A stretch of 64,000 nt of DNA from Tubiluchus corallicola (Eukaryota > Animalia > Priapulida): NCBI GenBank assembly GCA_030141605.1, contig JAQGDQ010000005.1, positions 1,922,180 through 1,986,179 on the forward strand, given 5' to 3'. The stretch's first letter is position 1. Every line of letters begins with the position of its first letter. The notes beneath the pieces are model-generated. The model was given only the letters and a program-made list of their open reading frames with translations, was not told the origin of the DNA and ran no database searches. Below, piece by piece: positions 1 through 12,877 of this stretch. The translations under genes were made by a program, and so were the position numbers.

Positions 1-1787
1 TACCCTTTTGACTGAAACACAGCTTTTAAATTTTTCTTCACTTGTTTTAAGTTTGACTTCGTACTTCTTTGACAGGGATTTAGTTTCTCGTCTAGAACTT
101 TGTTTTGTGTTACGAGTAAAGAAGTAAGAGCTATTTTCTTATAACCAAAATTTAGATTAGGAGGGTTAAGCTCCAGTTGCGTTTTTATTGTGCTGAATAG
201 TATAAGTTCCGTTTTGTTAGAGTAGCAAGTAGCCATTGTGTACGGTAGGAAATTATCATAACACTTTTGAGAGTGTACATATATTCAAAGTATTCGAACA
301 ACAACATTCTCCACTATTAGCATCTCCGCTTTGTCCTTAAGAATACTTGGCTTTTTCTCTAGCATGACATTTGGCTTTCTCTTGATAAATAAACCCGAAT
401 CGCAACGTATTTATTCAGTACCTTACTCTAATAAGGATTTTGCAGTATTATAACCACCGAAGGAATTATTATCATCATATAACATCTGTAAATGGTTTGA
501 CGGCGATGACGAAAAAGTACCTTTATTTTAATGATTGCCTTTGTCAGTCCTCGTTCATTTTCGAGGACGTTAATCAGCAGCTTCATCTGTCGCAAAAGCT
601 GTCCCGTAAGATTTTGTAGATGATGCTTAATTTCAAGGATATGACAACAAATTACTATCTTTGCAGCTAATTATTTGGTTTTTTGTATCTCAGATTACTA
701 AAACGATAGCGAAGACGTACAGCAGAATGTTTGTGATATATGGGATAACATTGGCAAAAGAACGCTCCTAATACAAAATTTAAATGCAGAGGACAATGAT
801 GGCAATGATTTGTTATGACAGTTTTGTACTCAACATTATGCGCATTCAACACAGATTATGAACATTAAATATGATTTTAGTGTACAGGCATAACACGTTT
901 AAGAAAATTAGTGTACAAATGGCACATTTATGGGAGAAAAAAGCCAAAGACACAAAGCGGCCTATTTTCGGAGAATCACCCGGAAATGGACCGTCAGTGG
1001 TGCATGTCGAGTTTTCTAGTCCACATCTAATCAATTAGCCATGACGGTTTTTACATGGATAATGGGATTTGGATCCAACATAAGATGTAAATATCACAGA
1101 AGTTAGTCATGCTTAGGTGTCAAAGAGCTGACATGTCACACATTTTTTTAACGACCAAGGGTAACTGTAAATCCGACGACATACAAAATAATTTTCTTGT
1201 TTATACTTAACATATTGAAAGATGTTAGTTTAGTTAGTTAAACCACAGTTATAATTTTTTTTACATCATTTAAATAAAAACAAGGTTTTGTGTCGGTTTC
1301 CTTCTTTGTCCTGTTGATAAACAACATCTAGAGCTCGAAACTCCTGACACTTTTTATAAATACTTACTTCGAGATAAAAATCGCTCATTGGATCACAATG
1401 AGCGATTGATTTCGATTACATATTACTACGTAGTACATCAATCAATTATAATGAGCATTGAGCAATCAATTTCTATTATGGATACATAGAGTTAAAACTC
1501 GCGGTGTTTTGAGAGTAAAGGTGTTTTGATCCTCCCGGGATCAGTCAACAAGATCGTTTTATTTTAACTTTAAAATGAGCAACTATTAAGTTGGTAAAAC
1601 AGTAAGTAACATCAGTGAGTACCAGTTATCACTATGACTGGAAAATTTAGGGCTCATGTTTAGGAGGTCTTGCTCGGACGAGTGCAGTTTTATTGATAAC
1701 GAAAAGCTGAGATGAGCGAGACACCGGGAGTGAGAAATTTAAAAAAATCGATTTTATCATTTGTAAACTAATTCTTGTATTTTTAAG

Positions 1788-4700
1788 TAAACTGGGAGAA
1801 GATTCCAGATTTCAACACAGTACATTATGTGCGTTATCCACAAGAATGTGACCTCTGTAACAAGTCGGGAATACTGCACTTGTACATGCGGTTTTACACA
1901 CGAACAAAAAATGGATTTCTCCTACAACGTTATAGCAGCTCCTGCAAATCGCTGACAATGAAAGATTGCAAGAGTTACAATTTGAAGTTAGACGTAGCTG
2001 ACTGGAAACTAAGACTACAAGCAAAAATAGGTCCTGCTGAACTGGGACCAGTTACGTTTAGACAACCATTGAAGGTGAGCGGACTTAACAATAAACTGCA
2101 ATAAACACAATGTAGGCTGTCTTAAAAGCCACTATGCATTTTGATTTCTAATTTTCTTTCTAAATTTTTCTTTTTCCCTAATCTCAGCAATCTTTTACAA
2201 ACATTTGTGAATCAAAAGGAGCCTTTGGCAACTCATTTTATTTAATTTTTGACTGGAACCCAATTGTTATGGCGATGACAGTAACGTTAGAAATGAAATA
2301 TACAGATCAATCTAGCAACATGTCGTTCGATCACCAACTTAAGTTCAGTGAAAAGTCAGAGCACCACATGGACTACGCTATTCTCTCACTATTATCAATG
2401 TAATTTTTCAGCAATGTGCAGCCCTTCCTCACCACTAATGGGCTGTGAAACAATTTCTCCGTGCAATCCCGGGGCCCAAGGCTCAAAAAATTGGTTTGTT
2501 CGCTCATTCTGGTTATCAGTTTATATATATATATATATATATATCAGATGATAGAGGGGATCTTAGTAGTTACCGCCTTGGATGGTATTCTAATTTTCAC
2601 GGGCCCGCGTCTGAAATGCACTCCCAAAAAGACACGTTAGTGTAAATTTTTGCATGGCAAGTAAGAGACTTTTTAATGTTACACTCAATTAATTAGGTCT
2701 TGAACATTTATTTTGCGTAGTATTATACTATAGATCTATAGGCTTATTTGTATGGAAGTATAGTAATTAAAAAACTATTCTTGTAATAACGCGCCGTTCT
2801 TTTGAGATAGTCACGATATTGTTTTAATATACAAATTATTTTGAAATAGCAAGCTAAGTGTGAGTGCATGGAATGGAGCAATGAAAAAGGCTGGATCTGT
2901 ATAATCAATTAAAATTATGCATGCTGTGAATATTTCCAGGATTCGAAGTACTGCGATTTTACACTAATTATCGCTGGGCAGTTAGTTAGCATCAAAATAG
3001 GTGGTGAGCCAGCAGTTACAAAGTCATTTTCACAAAAGTTGCCAAAATACATTGACCATCACAAAGCAATGCTGATTGGTGGAAGTGGGAATGCGTCCAG
3101 CGAGCTTGGTAAGTAAGCACTTCACCCAACAAACAGAGATACTAGAATGCCAAATGGCATGCATCGTTTACTATCGGACGGATATACGTCATACATTCTT
3201 TAATTAAATTAGATATTATTGCCTTTGAACGGTTCTGAAGTCCTAGCATGAACAACCAACTAGCAAATTTCAAGAATAAGGCTTCAATTGAATGAGCATT
3301 CCATTTATCAAACGACCTTATAAATGGATTATTCATGTTTGTTAATAATTTCATACTACGGAAAAGTTTATGTCGTTTAAAGCCTTAAAATGAGTAGCAC
3401 GAAATATTCAATTGTACAGAGAAGCTGAAAAGGCAGGCACTTCAGACAGCAGAGAATAATTTTTGCTCAGTGGTTCCTAGGCTCGGCCAAAGCTAAAAAT
3501 TACAGCAGCCGTGCGAAAGCCATTTAATGATATGCTTAAGGAGCAATGCCTGCAAGACCAGTCTCTGGCAACCCAGACATTTTATATCCAATAATTTTGT
3601 TTCTTTTTTGCAGGATTCAGTGGAGTTATTCCAGAATTACACGTAAATTTCAAAAATTATTTATTTCAAAAAAATGCTACTGAAAACGGACCTGAAATTC
3701 CCGTGGAGACGAGTGTTTTACTGTATCACTATGGTAATAACGATCGTTATGTTTGATCTTTACCTGTTCTCATAGCAAGGTTTGACCGCTAAAGAAGACC
3801 CGTCATCGCTTAATGCTGAAACACAGTTAACGAGAATGTGTGTGGTGTTTAATAGTTTCACGTATTTCTAAACACAAGTAGCGCATTAGGACCTACTATT
3901 AGTACTATGTGTATGTTATTATTTGAGTTTAGTTATACTATAAAAAACTGTAGCTTCTAGCTAAGTAGATTTCTTCCTAATTGATGGCGCTAATGTTGTA
4001 ACAACCATCATGCTTCACGTGGTACTAAGGTAGCACCAGGAATTGCTGATGCTGATGTGTTCCATCTTGCATATGAACTGAGGGATCTATACACTATACA
4101 GAATAGTTAAGAGATGTCAAGTCAAAAATCATGAAATCGTTATTAAAGTCGACTTGACATCAACAGAAAAAAAATGACGTAAAAACTTGGTGTGGCATTG
4201 TGCTAAGTATTTAGTTATTTTATGTTAGACAGACATGTATGGTTGCTGTAAACTGTATAAAACATAACATTTCACAGTTTAGCATGCAATACAATAATTG
4301 TTTTAAAATTGCCTTTACGCGGAATCCTACTGTATTAAATTTATTATTAATTTGTTTAAGTGAAAAACGTGTAACTGTTTTCAGCTGAGGTTCGTGGTTT
4401 GCCTTTATTTACTGGGAACAACCGACTGAGTCTCACACTTGCTCCCACACAAACTGCCGCCATAAACTTAGAATTTGTACTCAGACCTAAAGAGGACGAA
4501 CTATCAGGACTGGTATTATTTGTACTTGGAAAAGTCCAGGATTCGTTTCTGTCTTTGGGATTTATTTCGAGAAAGCTTGAGATGCGCGTACATGCTGGAA
4601 ATCAGATGAAGTCTGTTACTTTAAAGAAAGAAATATCTGTAAGTGCAATAAGACTGCAACAAGTAGTAGTAACAAAAACGCCGTTTTACAACCCCCGGTT

Positions 4701-7700
4701 TGACTTTTCTTGTGTTTGACATTTTCAACAGTGGCAATAATAAAACGTATCCCACTTCGTCTTCGAATTCATAATTAGATAGATAGAAAGTTCTGTGGCA
4801 ATCTTTTACACCTTCAGGCCCACGCCCGACATCATGAATCTGGTCATGATCCAATAAACTTATTATAGGCCTTATATTTTTTGTCACTTGCCTACAATCT
4901 TTCGGGCAGATAATACAACCATTCGGCTTAACAGCTCATTTTAGTCAGTTTTAGGTTTGTCTGCTTCATTGGCGGCTCCTGTACAAGTACTGTGGAACTG
5001 CAGCACTTCCTATTTTCACTAAATATTATCGATAATATTCAATGCAATAAGTCTTTTTTTGTTTAATTCTTTCTTTATACTTGTACGGAACCAAAGCGCG
5101 TGAAGGTGGTACTGTTTGTTTGTGTGAGATAACAAATTGTACACTGCACTGCTACCGTCTGTTGCCAGGTAGAAAAAGTACTGTCGCTCACACAGTTTGT
5201 TGTCAGTTATCACGTGCTGTACCGTCATATTCTTGAACTGCAGCAATTTTGGTTATTTGCAAGCAAAAAGTTCTGTTTAGGATTTTATCAACTTTATGTA
5301 TAAATTCTTTTAAGTTTGTTTATTTAAGATTACAATTGCAAATCATAACATTGAAATCACATATGCTTGTTTCGTTTTGCACTGTATTAAAACAACTGGC
5401 TAAAAGTTTTCTGAAGCAGCACTGATCCTCTTTTACAATGTGCTGCATTGGCCTCCACATGTACTGTTGCTAATATCGACGTTTTAATATTGTACACTTT
5501 AGGTTGATCCTAGGTATGTTACTGTCATCAAAATGACTGTCAAGCAGAAAAATTTTCAATTGGAAGCGACTTGTACAGACGGTTATTCTGAAGTTCAGAA
5601 AGGAGTTGGTGATGGAAAGCCATTTGTGCCGAAGGGTCATGTACTTGTTGGTGGAGCTAGCAAAGCTGATTGGCCAGTAGTAAGAGCTGCTTCAAATCAA
5701 GTAGAAGGATTCACTGGATTCATACGTGATTTTAAAATCCAAGGCAAGAAACTCTCACTAAAGCCATTCATTGTGGTTGAGGACGATGGGGAATTATCAC
5801 CAAGATCGGCCAGTTTGGCAGGTAAGACGAATTTTTTATTCTTTAACATTAAGAGTTCAACTAACTGCGTAGCCCCTCAAATATGTGTTAAACACATCTA
5901 AAAATCATGAACATGCTTATACACGCTCAGGTAGAAGGGCTTTGCTACTAAGAGGCATTTACTTCGCTGGCGATTTTGATCCAGTGGGTAAAGTGCGTTT
6001 ACCGGAGATGCTTAGGCATAATTTTGTTTGACGTTTGTGCACATAAGATAAATCATACAACACTAAACAATTTTGTGTCTTCCACAGTACATATTTACAG
6101 GCAAAACTTTTAATAAGTAACTTTTAGTAACTTTTGGTTACTGTAGTCACTTGATAAAATGGGATCACTTCATTCATAACGAGGCCTGGATTGCCATTTG
6201 ATTTAAAATGGAATTCAAAGTCGCCATTCCAATTTGCTAACTTAACCGTAACAGATAATTATATTGTATATCCGATGTTTTGCTGAGAACCTGCTTTGCA
6301 GTAACATCATGTATAAACTTCCCATTGTCCTCAGGTTTAAATGAGTAATCTTCCATTGTGCTCACAATGTAAAGGATCTATGGATATACTGGAATCCCTT
6401 ATTCTTGTGCTGACCATTCTATTTCAGAGTAAGAGTTCACAGCAATCAAACCAACAAACCAAATTAAAGTTGTCACAGCACCATAGTTTCTTTTGGTTTC
6501 ACGTTAAATTCATTGGAGCCGTATTCTGCATCAATTGTAAGCTCTTCTCACGCTTGTCATTCACAAGCATACGAATATTCGGTGGAACCAGAGCTGAAAC
6601 TTCATCTCTAGAAACTATTACGTTGATTTGCATCTACTTTAACATATTTATAGAATGGTCGAGTAATCGCATTCGCGTTCGTAAGTTAATTATTAATTGA
6701 TACTTGCATCATTAAAATTTGGCTCGATCACAGCTTCAATCTTGGTAATATTCGTAGTCCTGTACAGATAATAATATACAACTGTACAATAATAATATAT
6801 AGAAACTACAGAGTCTATTGATGGTCAAAACAGAAAATTTAACAAAACTTTACTTTTCCTCTTTGGTCTACGCATATTCTCATAGTTGCAGGACTGACCG
6901 ACGAAAGCGCTCGTCCACTTTTGTTAATGCTTAAATTAGGAATGATTTCTTTTCCGTTTGTATACTAAGAATTCTTCTGTTGTGTTTTTATTCCGCTCAA
7001 TAACCACGTCACCTGAGAAGTAGATTAAATATAAATAAAAAATGCGACTGAAAATATACAAGAAGCCGAACAAGACCAAACGACCAGTAAGTCTAGTGAC
7101 GCGAACAATGACCGTTATTACAGTCATTATGCATGTGACGGGAACACAAAAGAATTTCCTTCATAGCATATGATGTTCTCAGAAATCTTTATTTCTGTAT
7201 ATAAAAAAATTAAAATAATCAATTTGGCTGCTTTCACTGCTAACAAATGTATAATGATCTAATTATTATAATTTAAGACAATCAAAGTCAATATTAGTCA
7301 CATCGTGCGGCTAGAACAACTTGATACATCCTTGGAACGTCATACTGGTTTACAGCAAATCAGCTATAAATAATTAATTGAAAAATTATCTAAACGTTTA
7401 CTGAGGGTTCTGTAAGCGTGTTTAGTGAGGCTCACCCTAATTTGCAACCTCACAGGTAAAATTACAGGTAAGTTCACATAGGTGCTGCCACCTACATGTT
7501 AAGGCCAGAAACTGACCTTAACAATGCAGACTAGTGTGAGTGTGATGGATAATAAACACAAGAGTGTTATTGCTACCTGTAAGGTGATAAAGAGTACTTG
7601 TAAGGAGGAGAAAGAGAAGCAAGAGGAGGGGAGGAGGAAGTCCTGGGGGTAGCAATGATTACAATCCATAACAAAGATGATGACGATAATGATGACACCA

Positions 7701-10700
7701 ATGGCACAGATGATGTCAATAACGACGATAGTGCCACCAGGCGACGACGAATTTTCTCTGCATGCTGCATATTTGCCCACTGAAATATCGTCTATGTGAT
7801 ACTGACATATTCATAGTAATTGTCACAGTATGATATAAATTCAGTTATTAAACCAAGTTAAATTAATATCACAGATGAGTACACTGATGTGAACGTAACT
7901 CAAAATGCTGATGTGAAGTTGCACTGTCGTTATCCGATGGAGAAGAAGAAAAGTGTTAAGTTAATCTGGTACAGAGGATACCGCAAGGTTTCTCAGACAG
8001 AGACAATCAAACTAGAGCAACGGGTATAGTTTACCGTCAATAAAAACTTGTGGCTCTTTAAAGTATTTTATTTACTCATTGACATTTATTTATTGACAAA
8101 TAGGCCTAATTTGCTAAGTACTTACGTAGCTATTGTTAACATGACGAACACCACAAAGAAGTTTTTTGCTGTGACATTAAATGATTTATGTAAAATACCA
8201 ATTTTCAACAATATAAGTAATTCGCTTTTTAGAAAATTTCGGACTGAGACTGCTAAATCATGTACGGTGCATGACTTTCAGAAGCGACATTTTGAGCTAA
8301 CTTCTAGCAGTATGGATCTTAGCAGTGCTTTTATCAATGTTTAAATAGTTGCATCTCAGATATTCGTACGAGATTTGTTGAGGAATCGTTTGTAAATAAA
8401 ACATGAAAGACTTGTTTATAGCATGTTGGACTTATAAAAACTACTTGCAATCTTCATAATTATTTGATTATTTGACTACACACGTAACTGCTACACATAA
8501 AGAAAGCATGTAAGAAAGCATCATGGGGTAGCGTCATAGCAGCTTCAAAGTCTTGTGTCTCGGAATATTCATCATCATCATAGTCCTCACCTAAAAGAGG
8601 CATAATCATTGTCGTCATCTTTACATTTTTCTTTAAATACGCAACTGTGAAATTCAATTCTTTTATATTCACTTGCATTAGATAGTAGCCTAATATTTAT
8701 TTACTTGCACATTTTTATTCTTTTAGGAAACTGTCGTTAAGTGCAGTACGTGAATCTGGGTCCAGGGAGTAAAATTTGCTATGGGGTACAGAAACAATGA
8801 GCAACAGTACAAAATAATTTATTACATCAAAGTATTGCTGAAACAACAGACCACAAATCTTGCCGTCAAAATTTCTGTGAAAACCCCACAAGTCTCCTGC
8901 AGCTTACAATCTCGAGGGTTATAATCATAACAATGACCTAACACTACACTCTGATTATTTTTCGATCTTGTATGGCTTGGAATTTCGCCGGATCTCAACT
9001 TCGCAAACACACTGGAGCTATCCCGAAAAACAGAATGAACGCTAAGATGATAAGAAACATGCCTTTGGTGAGTATCCAACAGATACATTTGTGAGAATCC
9101 ATTCCTTGCTCAAATCATAGCCACCCAGACTACAGACTGTGCAAGATATACGAGGCTCCTACAACAGATGTTCGGGCATGATAGATTCGATATTGTTTAA
9201 GCAATACTTTGATGTAATAAATAATTGTTCTGCGTTATTAGTTGTTCTTTTTGTAGTCCCTAACAAAAGATTATGTACCAACCTGTATTATCTAGGAACT
9301 AGAAAAGGAGGTGACGAGTACATTGACATTAAGGTTATCGAAAAATCCCAAAGAAGAAAGCCTTGAAGGTCCTTATAATTGCTTGGCAAAAGAGGGTAAG
9401 ACAGGCCGCATGATACGATCTTATGGAGTTTCCATTCAAAGTCCAGTTTTAGGTAAAAGGATAATTAAGTAATCTTAAAACTTAATCATGTGTGAAATTA
9501 AATAATTTGTGAAGTTCTAATTTATAACACCAACAGTTATTGTAATGTCTGATTTGTCCGTAATCCATGCAAAATTTCAAATTTGACAAAAAAATTGTTA
9601 AAGTAATGAAAGTCATTCAGTTCAATAAAACATGCATTTGTAAAAACAGTTATTTGTAAGATATCTGCATAATACGTCTACATCGTCTACATCTGTGACT
9701 GTTACTTTTATAGCAGTGAAGTTGCGATGTTGCTTTGTGTAGTAAACGGTTCCTGAATTGATTATAACAGAGGCACAGGGATTTTTAAAACATTGTAAAT
9801 TGGCATCAAATGACTGAAAATATTTTCTGACACACCGAGATGGACACATTTTTTACACAAACAACTAAGGCCCTATTAGCTATACAATCTATAGAGGAGT
9901 CTACTTTTTACCTACAGTAGTAAAAACTTATAGTGTAGTACATTTACGTATTTGACATGGTATAACTAAAGTATTAAATGTACACTAGCCTCGTAGTTTA
10001 TAAACTAATTTTGAGGTTCATGTGTTGAGATTTATTGTAATAGTAGATAATTTCATAACTTACGCACCATTATTAAAACGTCATTACAAGAAACTTTAAA
10101 CTTGTAACATATAAAGCATTTCTTCTCTCTTGTAACTAAGTTTCATCTATAGCTAAGCAAGCTTTCAAAAACACATCCAAATATTAAGTATTAAGCTTTT
10201 GTTCAGCTAGGCATGCTACTTTAACTCTGCTATTTTGTAGGTACACAAGAAGAAATTGAAATGGTGGAGTTGATAGTAATAGTCGCCATTATCGTTTTTA
10301 TAGTCGTGGCAATAATAATTACAGTGTGCGTCGTAATGATGAGCAAAACGTAAGTAAGCATTAAAAATAAAACACTTAAACAGTATGATTCTTTTTGCAA
10401 AAAATTTTTTGGAATATTGGAAAAATTTGGGTTACGGTGAAATTTGGCATCTTTTTTATTGATTTCTGTAACTGTGTGTTCATCTGGCAAAATTGAAAAA
10501 TTAAATGCTCATGATTTGGTAAAATTGTACGTATGTATATATATAAATATCTACATAAGTACTCTATCATATAATAAATCTTAAAAATGTAAGTTGATTA
10601 AAAGCTTTCATGGGGCAAAAATATGAAAACTGTGATAGAAGGTCAAATCTATATTTTTATAATAAAGTATATCAGTTAGGCAACATTAGTTTTTTGACAA

Positions 10701-12054
10701 CAGGGTGGAAAAGAAAGGAACACTTGCTGACGAAATTGAATACCATTTGGACGACGACACAAAACAACTGCTAGACGATTTTGCTCAAAGCGAAGATCAT
10801 GCCATAAAGGCTGAAATTTCCCCCCGAAAAAAACATAAGCGAAAGAAGAAGGAAAAGCGAGAAAAACAGGTTGCGGAGAAGTCATACCTTCCACCCGATA
10901 GTCCAGCATCTTCACGCGTGAGTCGCGGTTATATTCCACCTGAGAGCTATGGAACCCCTTCTACAGATCGCCAGTTACATCCAGGTTCACAACGTGGTGG
11001 CTCTGATAAGACATCAACAAGTGGCACGTATTATAGTACTTTGAGAGAATCAGCTGATGCTTTCACTTCTGCCGATGAGGTTCCATCCCCTCTGCTTCCT
11101 GTTGGTAGCAAGGTAAAATCACCTCGTCCACCACGCCCCCCTCCGCCTGAAGAAAACATTCCAAGTGATACAACTGCTGACATAGAAAGAATAGCTAAAG
11201 ACATGCCACCACCTCAGCCCGGACGAGGTGCAATGTTGACACAGATACAAGGAAGAAGAGAACCTTCCTCAACATCAGCTAAACCTACCAGGAAATCTGC
11301 AATTCCAGTAAAGAAACCAAGTCACGCGAAACAAAGTGATTTAAAAGACATGCCACCTCCACAACCTGGTAGAGCTGCGATGCTGACAGAAATTAAGAGC
11401 ATGGGTTCAGAGAGTGCTACGACAGCAGGCACTGCTAAAACGTACGCCACTAGGCCCTCAATACCAGAGCCACTTAAGATGCATCCGGGTGTCGCTTCAG
11501 ACGTTCCCGAAGACCTGAAAACTTTACCACCAGCACAGCCTGGGCGTGGCAATGTACTTGCAGATATCAGAGACAGAAGAATGCCATCTACAACCACGCA
11601 GCCAACATCACAACCTGAAGATCTCAAGAACTTGCCACCAGCGCAGCCTGGGCGTGGCAATGTACTTGCAGATATCAGAGACAGAAGAATACCATCTACC
11701 ACCACTCAGCCAGCATCATCCCAACGTTCACGCCAAGGTGTTACTCGTCCAACCTCTCAACCCACACGTCAGACGTCAAGTGGAATCCCAGCAGATACTG
11801 CGGACCTTAAGGACTTACCACCACCACAACCTGGTAGAGGACAAATGCTTGCGGAAATTCGCGGTGCACGTGCTTCTGGTGGAAAACAGAGGGTAACTCC
11901 CGACGCAAAGAGGTCAACAGGCCGAGTACCGCCTGCGCCACCTCCACCGCAAGCTGGAGGCGGGCGCGGACGCGGACGCGGACGCGGAGGACAAAGTAAA
12001 CGACCAACCAATCCCCCACCAGAGAGAAAGAAGCCGCCACAAGGACGTAAATAA
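1788..12054 (+). CDS. Single-pass membrane protein: 2x laminin-G, 1x Ig-like, TM helix, Pro-rich cytoplasmic tail with five WH2-like repeats (5'-incomplete, at least 970 aa)
   Basis: Nine exons with AG/GT ends and consistent phases: 1788-2074, 2940-3108, 3614-3733, 4385-4638, 5503-5821, 7875-8023, 9296-9452, 10241-10349, 10704-12054 (TAA). LamG1: IPDFNTVHYVRYP..LYMRFYTRTKNGFLL..MLIGG..GFSGVIPELHVN. LamG2: LPLFTGNNRL..LEFVLRP..SGLVLF..SFLSLGF..VLVGG..GFTGFIRDFKIQG. Ig: VKLHCRY..LIWYRG..STLTLRL..EGPYNCLA. TM: LIVIVAIIVFIVVAIIITVCVVMM. No convincing start or signal-peptide exon was found in 1-1787. Confidence 0.85.
11197..11871 (+). repeat. Five coding repeats K-[DTN]-[ML]-P-P-[PA]-Q-P-G-R-[GA]-x-[MV]-L-x-[QED]-I-[QKR]; copies 3 and 4 form a 108-nt tandem duplication
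   Basis: Copies start at 11197, 11344, 11518, 11626 and 11809. The string cctgggcgtggcaatgtacttgcagatatcagagacagaagaat occurs identically at 11539 and 11647. Confidence 0.95.
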
Positions 12055-12280
12055 TTTTATAATTTATTTAACTTATAAAGCAAAAGATTTTGAAAATAAT
12101 AAGTTGTTAACTTTTAGCCAGTTCAAGTTGTTGTGGCAAAATGAAAATTTTCGCACAATAAATTAACGAGATTTTCATATTTTTGAACTGAATACAATTA
12201 TAAACTTGTATTTGTTAACATGCACGGTAATTAGTGGTAATTAGAATCATTTCTTTTTTAAAATCAAACAAATGTTGCTG

Positions 12281-12562
12281 AAAATAAATATAAATGTAAT
12301 ATATTATACAGATTTTATAAGTTGTGTATGTTATGGATATTTACGCAAGGTATACTTCTTATTTCCATTTGAAAAAGAAACGTGCATATGAAAGTTGTTA
12401 CTTGATAATTTAATATCGTTATTATAGATTAAAATAAATATAAATTTAATATATTGTGTAGATTGTGTAAGTTATGTAAGTTATAAATGTTTATGCGACA
12501 TATACTTTTTATTTCCATTTGAAAACAAAAGGCGCGCGTAAAAGCTGTTACTTAACAATTTT
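12281..12562 (+). repeat. Diverged ~150-bp tandem duplication downstream of gene 1, each copy starting with an AATAAA
   Basis: aaaataaatataaat...tatactt(c/t)ttatttccatttgaaaa...gttactt occurs at 12281 and again at 12431. Confidence 0.8.
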
Positions 12563-12877
12563 AACTTACGAAATACACACCATAATTTATTAGCTAAATG
12601 TTCGACGTCATCCTTTTTCCTTGAAAAAGTGGTTGGTTTTGTTTGAAAAGTGTGAATAGTTCTTTTTTGGCGCAGGGTTTCTCAGTCACTGTGACTGCGA
12701 GGCCCAAGCTCTCGTTTTCGTAGTTCCAAAGCGCTGACTTCGGAACGCAATGGATCTAAAAGCGCCATAACAAAAACGTTATCATGGTGGCTCCATCTGT
12801 AGTAAATCGCGCAACTTCTTCGACAGAACTGTATAAACTACGTCTTTTGTATAAAAGTAGTTTAATTAATTAATTAA

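Noticed and set aside
1041-1101. ATG..AGA A|GTTAGT as first exon of the receptor (MTVFTWIMGFGSNIRCKYHR)
   Set aside because: Phase fits, but it lacks a hydrophobic signal-peptide core and cannot be distinguished from chance.
8727-8800. Acceptor followed by KLSLSAVRESG..ICYG, a possible alternative Ig half-exon
   Set aside because: The phase required by the upstream exon hits a TGA after 8 codons, and exon 9296-9452 completes the Ig domain cleanly.
11322-12040. Alternative-frame and antisense ORFs over the receptor's last exon
   Set aside because: By-products of GC-rich repetitive coding sequence.
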